The position numbers were made by a program, and so were the translations under genes. The notes beneath the pieces were generated by a model. That model was given only the letters and a program-made list of their open reading frames with translations. It ran no database searches and was not told the DNA's origin. Positions 51,352 to 62,285 of a stretch of DNA of 64,000 nt are shown here, piece by piece; the first letter of the stretch is position 1; each line of letters begins with the position of its first letter. Origin of the DNA: Adineta vaga. Lineage: Eukaryota > Animalia > Rotifera. The stretch spans positions 9,920,001 to 9,984,000 of the forward strand of contig CP075497.1 in the NCBI GenBank assembly GCA_021613535.1. Reading direction: 5' to 3'.

Positions 51352-52376
51352 CTAATTGTAAGAGTTCAAATTACTCGGATATGACTGAGTTGAGTTGATG
51401 TTCGACTGTTCAGATGGAAGATTATTAGTTGCATAATCGACTGAATGTTGATGTTGGATGTAATGACCGTTAGAACGACGATCATGATCAGAACGATTTT
51501 CTTTAAAAAAAAAACGATTTCTTTTTCGAATCAAAGTTTTATATTTCAAAAAGTCTTTACTTTTATAATAGGATTGTGAAGGATGTTGCTGTTCATTATG
51601 ATAGTATTGTTGATCTCCTTGACGTCGCTGAGTTGGCGGTGAAGATTGAGATTGTTGATGATAATTAGCTGAATTTGTCATTAGAGCATTCATTGAACGA
51701 TGTGATGGAAATCGATTCGTTTTAGGATTCCAGTAGGTATCATTATTTCCTCCGCTATAATTTCGTGTATAATTTCCATTACCAGATCGACGAGGATTAT
51801 AAGTATTCCAATATTGTTGTCCAGAATGTTGATGAGTATAATGTTGCTGAGATGATGAATTTGAGTGTGAATGTCCTTTCGAATAATGTGATGGATTTGT
51901 TTCATTCATATGTGTGTTATTTGTCGGTGGTGCTGACAAAGAATTTCCTGTTCGACGTGATCCATCATTATGATTGTGATCAAACCAAACTGAACGAAAA
52001 ATAATGTTCAAATGATTATCATTTTAAAACATCGTGACGAACCTTTCTGTAAATGTTGAATAATATCACAAAAATTCGAGAATCCTTCCATATTAATTGA
52101 TGCTGTTGTTATGGATTCAGCGAAGGAACTTGTTCTTGAATTTTGTCCTGATCTATTAGACAAGAAGAAGAAGAAACAAAATTGAAATCTCAATTTAATC
52201 TGCAAAAACTCTATTACTAACCGTTCATTATTATTAGTTGAAAACTGAAATTGTTTTTCACCGATTGATGAATTCGGTGTTGAAGAATTCGTCGATGGAT
52301 ATCGTTGCCATTGTTCTTCTCGTGAATTTATATATTCTTCATTCGTTTGTATCTCAGGCATATGAACAGTACTCAT
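51352..52376 (-). CDS. Uncharacterised low-complexity N/Q/S/H/Y-rich protein, ~4 exons
   Basis: ORFs 52376-52008 and 52011-51352 contain T-rich intron-like segments flanked by GT/AG; the coding parts share a polar composition. Confidence 0.65.
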
Positions 52377-53566
52377 CGTGAATTTATCGTTAATTCAAAA
52401 GATTTTTATTAAATAAATATTCAAAAAAAACAAGTTCAATAAATAAAATTTACTAAATAAAAAACAAACAAACAATTGATATGAATTCTATTGGATTGAT
52501 TAACGCAAATAAAAAGTAAATTGAGATACTCTCTAATTAATAGAAATGATTTCAATTCGAAAAAATCATATAGAAGTATCTTGGAAATAAAATATTACAA
52601 AAAAACCGAGTTTTATTCATGTTATACTACCAGCGACATCTATTCTTTTGAGGAATTCGATATAATTTTTATCCAAAAGTAAGATTCATCTATCAAATGT
52701 AAATGCACGAAACATGTTTCTTTCTATAATAGAAATATATTCTCAAAGAAAACTAGAACACAAATCTGATTCGAACATACTCGAGACATTCTAGAAAGTT
52801 CTTTAGACAAATAAACAAACATGTTTACAAGAAAATTGATCGAAATAATATTGATCAACATTAAATAACCTTGCAGTATCTATTCACATGACTGATTTGC
52901 CTTACAGCTAAACATTATTCTATATAAATAAATATCTTTGTTAGTAGAAAAATACTTCTTAGTACTGCCAAGTTCAATAGTACACGATCAATCAACAGGT
53001 TTATATTACACAGTAAGATTATGTATCAATATCGATAGGAATTCTTTTTTTCTTTTTTTTTCTATGAATATATTTGATGCTTTAACAGTGTCTGTCGTTT
53101 GATGATCTTTTCACAGCTTTTCACATTGTTCGTTTGTCTTTTTCCTTAAGGATGTATACGAGAATAGTTGTATACTTGAATAAAAAAAACTAATTTCGAA
53201 CAAACACATACTATTCCTTTGTGTCTCTCGCACGATAAAGTAAAACTCTCATGAAAATAACTACTATTAATATATATCTTTTCTCAGTAACTCATGTCTC
53301 TCTATGTAAAATATAGAAACGATAATCAGAGTATGTATTTTTTTGTTTGTATTTTATTTAGAGAGAAAAAAAATACAAAAGCAAAAAGAATAATTCAATC
53401 AGTCGAACTGATCATAAATATAATCTATTTGTTCATTTTTACTGTGTTAGATAGTGCAGCTGACTGCATATACACTGAAAAAAAAGAACAATAGAAAAAA
53501 AAGAGGCAATTCGCTATACAACAAACAAAAGAAGAAGAACACAGAAATTCGTGTCCTCTTGTTTTG

Positions 53567-54035
53567 TTAACACGGAAATAGTCTGTATATGATACAACGA
53601 TGCGTAAAGTCTATATATCTTGGTGAATTCATTGCTTATCATGATCTCATTTACCACAATGAGAACAATGTCGTCTATTTAACGAATCAAATTGATCATC
53701 AATCGAACTATCATTCCTTAACTCCGAGGAGAAATCAAGTCGTGAAGTATTCAACGTTCGTTTTGCTTTCGCTGTTTTCGTTGTTTGAGTTGATGGAGAT
53801 GAGACCATAATCCCATTTGTTAGTTTATGTATCGTTCTTCCACGTTTTTTACAACTAATGAAAAAGAAGACAATAATGAGAGTATTGAAAAAATGATGTC
53901 AACATACCAGGTTGAATCAATCCCGGCATTAATATATATCGAACCATTTAGATCACTGATCTCGGACAAATGTCGATCTAATGGTTGTGCTGGTGTTTTT
54001 CGAATCTTTTGTCGACGGACAATAGTGCTGCTCAT
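53567..54035 (-). CDS. Small uncharacterised basic protein, 2-3 exons
   Basis: MSSTIVRRQKIRKTPAQPLD...IDST / CCKKRGRTIHKL...RRHCSHC / DFTHRCIIYRLFPC* join in phase across GT-AG introns. Confidence 0.5.
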
Positions 54036-54821
54036 AGTGAAAAAGAGAAGTTATAGAAGAAAATTAAAAATGACAAATAGTTGTACACAAGAAAATAACG
54101 TTACAGATCTTGTATCTGTGAATGACTGTGTATTGGAGTAGGAAGAGTAGGCGAAGAAGAGAACACGTTCTGACGACGATTTATTCTCGATCTGAAAGTA
54201 ACGCGCACATATATATACTTGTTCAGATGTCTGCCGTTCTCTTTCCTATGAAAAGAACGCAAGAGAGAAAGAGAAACGAGAGAAAATGAGAGATACATAG
54301 AAAAAATAGCGTGCCGCTCAAACAATCATTGTCTCACGCTAATGTAATTTCTTTCTCTTCATCGTTCAACACTTTGTCTATCATCATATATTACCTGTAC
54401 GGTTCTTCATATATCATCATCGATAGTTATTCATTAAGTTATGGTCAACTAACAAGTTCTCATCAATTGATTTGTTCTGCATCAAGATTTTATTTTTCTT
54501 CCGAAAAAAAAACATTTCTTTCATAGATTACAATCAAACGAAGAGAGAAAAAGAGAAATGTAGAATAGAGAAGAACGAAAGAAAGGAAGAAAAAAAAACG
54601 AGCGAATATCCGTTTGTCCTCGAAGTACGATGTTAGTCTTAATAAAGAAAATTTAGAGACAGAAGACGAAATCGAATAGACATTCAATTATTAATATGTT
54701 TTTGTTTTTTGAGAACAATTTCTGTTCTATATACATGATAAGCATAAAAATAGTTTAAGAGAATGTGAAAAAGAAAAAAACATGATTGCACGTAAATGGT
54801 AAAAAGAAGTTTTGAAAATGC

Positions 54822-55503
54822 TTAATCGAAAGATATCAATTGTGGTTCAGGTTTTTCTTCATTAATAACAGGATTCGATTGATGCTCATACTCATGCTGA
54901 CGTTGTTGTTGTTGCTGTTGCTGTGGCGGTTGTTGTTGTTGAGTATAAGACATATTCACATTATTAGGAATTGGCATTGAGCCAGGAGGAAGATTGTAAT
55001 TGTTATCTACGATATAAAAATAGAAGCATGAGTCAAACGAAACAATCCTTTTGTCAATAGATAGTTATTTCATTTATGACTGAAATAGCTCTTATAGATA
55101 CGTGTTCGATATTTTTTTCTTGTCATTCGTGATATAAATTTTTTTAAAGATAAAAATGAATACCTCCATTAGCTCCCATAGTATATGGCGTAGGCACATG
55201 AGGTAATAAGTTTGCATCTGTTTTCGGTGGATACATCATCATTGGTGGATAATGAGTTGGAGGTAAAGATGTTTGTGTCGGAAATTGTTGTCCGAATGTA
55301 TATTGATTTGTTGGATCCGCTAATTGTTGTGTTGGTAAAGTAGTATATGGTGGTTGATAGGGAATATTTTGTTGAGGTAATTGACTGTAATCATATGAGA
55401 CCATTGACTATAAGAATAAATAATTAGTTATTTATAATAAATAAATTCTTATGATTAGGACCTTAAGAAAGCAAATGATTAGTGTAAGTAATAGATAAGT
55501 CCG

Positions 55504-55534
<31 letters not shown>

Positions 55535-58313
55535 TACTTCTTTAGTTATGACTTTCGATATTGTTGGTTTTCATTCTATAGCTGATTAGTTTTTTACAGA
55601 AAGTCTGCACTTTATCTATTGATCCGATAGAAAAAGTTATTTTCTTCACTCAAGGAAAAAAGGAGCCAGTGATTTTATTATTCAATGAATAGTGATAATA
55701 TTGTTTTTGTTTGTGAAAGAAAACTTCTTACCAATTGAGGATTTTGTGAAAGTTGTTCACGTGCTAATGTCATTTGTCGTTGTTGTTCGAGACGAGTTTT
55801 CATTTCAATTTCTTGTTGTGCTAAACGTTGAAGATGAATTTGACGTTGATATTCAAGATATTCCTATATGAGAAAGAAAATGATTTGTTTTCTTTTTCTA
55901 AAAATAAACAAGAAAAACAAATCAACAAACTTGTTTCTTTTGTCTCATAAAATCAAGTTTTTGTGCCAATTGAATTTGCCGTTGTCGATCACGTTCTAAA
56001 GCTTCTCGTTGTTTTCTTTCATAATGGTCTGTACGTAAAGCATTTAATGCTTCACGTGCATCTTTTAATTGATTTAGTTTATCTTGTAAATTCTCAAAAT
56101 ATCCTTAAAAAGAACGAAAATAAAACTTCCTTTTTTATTCAAAATTGAAAATGATCTGAAAGAATTTACCTCGTTTATCTTCTAACAATTGCATATAACG
56201 GTGTAATTCAGGATGAAGATGTTGAAGCATAACAAAAACTGATTGAACAGCTGTGTCTGTTGTTACATTTCTACTACGTTGTTGATTACTTAACATTCGA
56301 AATTTAAAATTATTAATATGATCAGTAACAAGCGTAGTAAATTGATCGATTTCACTATCAGTGATGAATTTATTCAATTCATCCTGAAAAAATATCATCA
56401 AACATGTTCGAAATACAGAAAAGAACAGTTCGATTTATTTACCGGTAAAGATGCTGTTAGTTCAATTCCATGCACGTGTCCATGTCCATTAGAAACGTTC
56501 GTCGGAATTGGTTGTTCCTGTTGTTGTTCTCGACGTCCTCGTTCGATATATTTTGTTAATTCCGAATATTCATTACTAGTTTCAGGAGCACTCTAGAGAT
56601 GAATAGATTTTACGGATTTGAATCGATATTGTAATTCAATAAGGAATTGAATAATTACCGAAGTATTATTATTTACTGGAGCTGATAGAAAACTTGACAT
56701 AGCATATTTTTGTGTTAACATTTTCTTCTGTCTTTCTTTTTCTTCTGCTTCACTTTGTGACATCGCTAATGCCAATTGAAAAGATTCTTCTTCATCAATT
56801 TCTGCTTGACTTTTTGTCTAAACATAACACACAATAATGAAATGTTTGCAATTCTATTCTTAAATAATATTTCTCTTACTTGACTTGGCGGCGGAGCAGA
56901 TGATGACATTGTTCTTACTGTTGAAACTGGTTTGACAATTGGATTTGAGCTTAATGGTACTCTAAATTTAATTGGTCTATTGAAAAAAATCAAGTAAATC
57001 TCTTTCATAGTTACCCCGATGTTAATTTTTCATAACATGCATCACAAACACGAACTTCGCGATCGAAACCATATTTTGGAACAGCACATTGTTTTGAAGA
57101 GCCTAGAAAGATTTTTGAGAGATAAATCGTAAACTGTTTACTTATTTTTATTTACATTTATCGCAAAAGATATCGCCACATGCTCGACAATGATGCTATA
57201 AGAAATAATCAAAATGAAACATGAAGAAATGTTCAATAAAAAATTTTACTTTTCGAATAAATGTAGTAAATGTTTGTCGACAACGAAAACATTCTTTATC
57301 ATCTCGCCATTCAGGTGCTATATCACTGTTTTCAAACATAGCTTCACTTTCTTTCAATGGTGGAAAACGATAATTTTCAATTTTCATTAAATTATATGTG
57401 TCAGTAAAAATCTTATGTTGCTGACCTTTGAATAAAAATAAAAACTATGGAATGACCTTTTGTTTTCAAGTGTAAAACATACCAAGACCATGTGACCAAC
57501 ATTGAAGTAATTCGAGAACTTTATCACGAATCACATCTGGACCATTCTTTCAAACAAAACAAAGATAAATGTATTACTTATCTACGTATTTAATTAATAA
57601 TAATAATAATATACTTTTGCTAATTCACGTAATGCATCGACCATATCTCGTTGTGCAAGTTCTTTATGAACTGATCCTCCACAATTTTTAACTATCGATT
57701 CCAAACACTGAAAAAAAAAGCGAAAAAAGATATTCAAGTTCAATTAATCTTATCATTTCATGCTTGAAAGTCTTAATTGTGATGAAGTTATTCTAGACTA
57801 CTGAGAAATAATTGCAACTAGTACAAGATAATGTAAAACACCTGTTGACTGTTATTATATTACTCGAATGATTAGTCACTAAATTCTATCTGATTTCATG
57901 AAAACACAAACTAACATGATACACTATAAATAGACTATAATTAGATTTGTTACAATATTAATTTAACATTTACTGTAATTGATAGATCTATTTTTTTACT
58001 TTCATCAACTGTATATGTGAATGTTTGTGACAGAATGGTTTCGAAGAACTTACCTGAAGTGCACTAAGAATAACATGGGCATTTTCATGGCCAAATTTTT
58101 TCTTAATTGTTTGAATGGCATATTTAGCTCTAGAAATGAAATGTGTATTGTGAAGGAAAATCAAATCGAATATTCTTACGGAACTTCTTGTGATTTAACG
58201 ATATCGCATAATTGAAGAACTGATTCCCAATCAGGTTCAAGTAACAATGGACTTGTTGCTTTATCTAATAATTTATCAAAAATCTTCGTATTTGATAAAC
58301 TAAATAAACTCAT
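54822..58313 (-). CDS. HGS: Hepatocyte growth factor-regulated tyrosine kinase substrate (Hrs, ESCRT-0), multi-exon
   Basis: VHS (FDKLLDKATSPLLLEPDW), FYVE (APEWRDDKECFRC, RKHHCRACG, VRVCDAC), UIM (LALAMSQSEAE), coiled coil, P/Q-rich region and C-terminal clathrin box LISFD*. Confidence 0.96.
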
Positions 58314-58372
58314 GTTAATCTAAAAAGAATAAAAGAAAAAAGTATAATAAACTCAAATGAAATTCCATGAAT

Positions 58373-59353
58373 TTATTCAAATGTTATTCTATCTAATCCA
58401 AGATTTTGTTCATCTCGATATGCCCATGAAAAGCAATAATGTTCAAATAATTGTTCCAATAATTCCTTTTCATCTAGACCTCCATCAATATGTTCAATTC
58501 GTTGTTTTTCATTATGATTTAAATAATTTTTATAATATTCATTCAATGTAATACATTGTGCAGATGTAAAATTAGCATTAATATATCTTTGACATTGACT
58601 AGTTTTGTTTTCACATGAATCCATTCCTACTAAATGACATGAACGTTGTTTTAAATTTTCAATCATAATCTGTCCGAATCGATCATTCATATTGATTTGT
58701 TCGAAATTTACAAATAAACAAGATTGAGCAAATGTTTGTGTTAAATATTTTAATAAATTCGATGAATGTTCAGAAGACATATAGATTAAAACACATTCAC
58801 TAATAAATAATGTTGGTAGTGTAAAATCAAGAATTTGATGTTCAGAAAGATATTTCAATTGATGATCTAATTGAGTTAAATCACGGAGATCAGCGGGTAA
58901 GATTGTATATGAAGATGAATGAAAACCACATGGAATTTTCAATGATTGATTTTCTTGTGGAAATTTCTTTTGAAGAAATGGTAAACGACGAATTTTTGTC
59001 GATTTTATCTCTGTTAATTCTTCAAAATCTACGTCAACAAAATGTTTAAATTTAAGATTTTCATTATCTAATAAATAGAATATTGTTGTATCAAAACCAC
59101 ATCCAAGATTGATAATTTGACATTGATTATTTGTTAATTTAATAAATTTTTCAATAAGATAACGAAGTCCATGTACACGAACATAATAACCAAGACTTAT
59201 TTCTGGTGTTCGACGTTCATGATGTGATGAACCGGTCAATATTTTTAAATATGGATCTTTCCAATATCCACGTTCAATTGCATATAATTTACATTGACAT
59301 GCATCGTTATTTGTTTCGATTATATTACTATTATCAACTGCTGTTATATTCAT
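58373..59353 (-). CDS. LCMT1: Leucine carboxyl methyltransferase 1 (PP2A methyltransferase), intronless CDS
   Basis: TNNDACQCKLYAIERGYWKDPY, RRTPEISLGYYVR, QIINLGCGFDT, PTLFISECVLIYM, LDEKELLEQLFEHYC. Confidence 0.96.
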   Translation of the reverse strand: MNITAVDNSNIIETNNDACQCKLYAIERGYWKDPYLKILTGSSHHERRTPEISLGYYVRVHGLRYLIEKFIKLTNNQCQIINLGCGFDTTIFYLLDNENLKFKHFVDVDFEELTEIKSTKIRRLPFLQKKFPQENQSLKIPCGFHSSSYTILPADLRDLTQLDHQLKYLSEHQILDFTLPTLFISECVLIYMSSEHSSNLLKYLTQTFAQSCLFVNFEQINMNDRFGQIMIENLKQRSCHLVGMDSCENKTSQCQRYINANFTSAQCITLNEYYKNYLNHNEKQRIEHIDGGLDEKELLEQLFEHYCFSWAYRDEQNLGLDRITFE

Positions 59354-61407
59354 ATTACGAAACAGCTAGAAACTTAAGATAAGAAAAAGAAAGTATACTA
59401 CTAATGACGTTAGACGAAATAGATTACTCACATTGTTTAGATTAATATGAGTAATATTGTTACGTTTAAAAAAGTTACTTTTTCGTCCGGTCAAACAGAG
59501 TTATCCGATTCGAACATGTTTCATCTGATGAGATATAGTTAGTGACATCTGTAGATTTTTCTTTGAATACTGAAGACGTACAAAAATGAAAAATTATTTT
59601 ATTTCTTTTTTATTTTAAATAGAAATTTATTGGAATAAATAGATGAGAAAATTTTTTATACATTTTCTTAATTATCCTTCAGATGACGTTGATTTACGTT
59701 GATACAATGCGTGATCGTTGATGGATTATGATTGAAAAACGTATTAATCTGAGAAATATTACATGAGTGAACAGACCAGATTTCTCCCTTTGAAACTTTT
59801 AAAATACATCGTTCTTCTTCAATGAAATAATAATATATCGATTTATAGAAAACAATAAACACGTTATTTTCAACTGAAAAAGAGTTTGTCATTTAATTGA
59901 GATGCACTCGAGTCAAAGTTTATAATACAACATTGAACACTACATCAAAACAATAGAAATAATGATCACTTGAAATAGAAAGACGTTTCCGATTTATTTC
60001 CATATAATGAAAATTATTTCTTCTGATACAATCATTTCTTGTTTCCTTTCAACATCATGGATGAGAGTATAGAGATAAAGGTGTGGGTGAATGTAATTAG
60101 CGAGAAATCCTCAAAATTCTAAGTACGATCATGCATACAATTAGAATATGAAGATTCGTATTCTATTTAACACTATTATTAATCAAAATATATCAGATGA
60201 AATAAAGATTCATCGACGACATTGTTAAATTCCTCATTTTTCTCCTTACTATAGGAAAATATGAGAAAAATTATGCTTGATACTTGATCTCTCGATATTA
60301 CTCGTTTTGACAGATCAAATTTAACTTTTTTTTGTAATTAGAAATACATCATTGCGTAATATAGCATCAAAATATCTGGATCGAATTACTCTAATCATGT
60401 TTCCAAAGAAAGTTGATAGTTTCCTATAATAACATCTAATAGATATCTATGACGTATTAGAATATCACCACCAAACTATTTTGAGAAAAATTTTCATCAT
60501 TCTATTTCGAAGAATATTTATTTGACAAAATCATCAATCTTGAGAAATTTTAATGTTCAGTTAGTTTCATATGTTATAACTTCTGAACAAATTCAATCAT
60601 CGAAATTTAGCATTGACATTTGATACACATAAAAAGAGAATGGTAGGTATTTTAAGAACATCTTTTCATAATCTCAGAATTCATCAAAAGGATTTATGGT
60701 TTCAAAGACATGCATTTCTACGGAAAAAATAGAAGAGTTTGAAATTATTTCTTTTAAAAATTAATAACCCTTTTGAATCTTCGGATATTTTCATCAGATA
60801 AAGTTGTATAGTAGAAAAACAATCAATGCAGCAGCAACTACTACTTAATTATTTTACTCGGCAAGATTCTTTGTTCGAAATTCATTTGAAACATCATATA
60901 ATATTTAATATTGATAATGGGTATGATATCTTTAGAATCGCAACTTCTATTAAAGAAGCCACGGCACAATGTTCTCTTTACATTGATACTTTCTGCGCAA
61001 TTACTTTTGAAAGATTCTTCAGTGTCCTCTCATTTTATTGACGTCATAGAAACATGAGAAGTTCGCTTAGTTTATACTTTCATCTCAAGAGATTTAATTA
61101 TACTCAACAATAAAATACAAGCATCGGTTATACTTCTATCATGTGAATGTCACACAAAAAGAAGAAGTACTTTCACTAAAAGATTTGATTTGTTTTCTTT
61201 TGAATAGTTAAAAAATCTTTTATCACGTATTTGTTTTCATCAAACAAGAGAATACTTGATGGTACCGGAGAGAAGGAATTAATTTGTACCCTCAAATGTA
61301 GTTCTTAGTGAGTTTGTCATTGAGAAAAAAAAAGTGTTTTTTAGGTGAAGGAATTTTATTCTTGGTCTTAACTACATCAAAACGCAATGATGGCGTTGGT
61401 GATGAAA

Positions 61408-61470
61408 ATGATGATGATGAAGAAGAAGAAGAAGAAGAAGAAGACGATGATGATGATGATGATGACGATG
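61408..61470. repeat. Compound (GAT)n(GAA)n(GAT)n microsatellite downstream of the neuropeptide stop codon
   Basis: Directly visible trinucleotide runs. Confidence 0.85.
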
Positions 61471-61595
61471 TTACAAATTATTCTTTTTATGCGTCGTCAA
61501 AATAATAGTAATACTGATGAGAAAAAAAATAACTTATTGGCTCCTGTTTTCGTCGATCGAACTTTTATTGAGAAGATAGATTTATTCGAATTGAG

Positions 61596-62285
61596 TTATT
61601 TCTTGCGACGTCGACCATACTTGAAAATGTACGGTACTTGTTGTTCTTCCATAACTTTTTGTAAAAGCATAGTAAGCCAAGCGCGCGCAAATGGATTTGT
61701 TTCAACCAAAACCTTGAGTGAAGGTGACAGACGTGTTGATTCACTCAATTGACTAAGATTGACAACGCTGTTTGGATCAGATGGATCGACTAAAGCTGCT
61801 GCGGCGACAGCTGAATTCAAATTGAAATCTGTCGGTAATGTAGGTGGTGCACTGATTGACGGCGAACTGGCTCGTTTTTGTTGTTTATCTCCTTTAGATT
61901 GTTGATATTTTTGTAATAATAATAAGAACTTTCTAGATAATGATTTTGATGGCAATTGCTGAAGATAAAAATCAAATGGCACATTGGATTCATGTAAAGA
62001 CGAACTTAAAGATGATGATGAATCTTGGTAACGATCTTTCATGGTTGAGAATTCGTTGCTTTCGCCTGTCAACATTTCAGAAGTGTCACCACCTAAATCA
62101 TAATCGATACTCGGGACGGGATGTTGATGTAAGGGCCTGAGTGGTGAAGATAAATCAGCAGATGGATGATTATGGGTAGAATGATGGGTTGAAGATAATT
62201 TTGGGAGACCATGTACTGATGTCGTACATAAAAACAATGTTGAAATAAATGTAACAACGAACACGGCCAGAATATCAAATAACAT
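61596..62285 (-). CDS. Secreted neuropeptide precursor yielding a C-terminal ...PYIFKY-amide
   Basis: Hydrophobic signal peptide (MLFDILAVFVVTFISTLFLCTTSVHG), internal KR site, C-terminal Gly plus basic run (FKY-G-RRRKK*). Confidence 0.8.
   Translation of the reverse strand: MLFDILAVFVVTFISTLFLCTTSVHGLPKLSSTHHSTHNHPSADLSSPLRPLHQHPVPSIDYDLGGDTSEMLTGESNEFSTMKDRYQDSSSSLSSSLHESNVPFDFYLQQLPSKSLSRKFLLLLQKYQQSKGDKQQKRASSPSISAPPTLPTDFNLNSAVAAAALVDPSDPNSVVNLSQLSESTRLSPSLKVLVETNPFARAWLTMLLQKVMEEQQVPYIFKYGRRRKK

Noticed and set aside
57779-57893. GTGATGA...CTGA...ATGATTA...CTGA C/D-box pattern inside a long HGS intron
   Set aside because: It lies antisense to the host gene, no guide target was recognised, and such motifs are common by chance.
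4762-59353. Apparent functional clustering of mTORC1/PP2A regulators (TMEM127, DDIT4 x2, LCMT1) and trafficking genes (LIS1, HGS)
   Set aside because: The genes are far apart and interleaved with unrelated genes; this is post-hoc pattern finding without synteny evidence.
61308-61752. Plus-strand ORFs with poly-D/E or poly-M/K
   Set aside because: Translations of a trinucleotide microsatellite, partly antisense to the neuropeptide gene.
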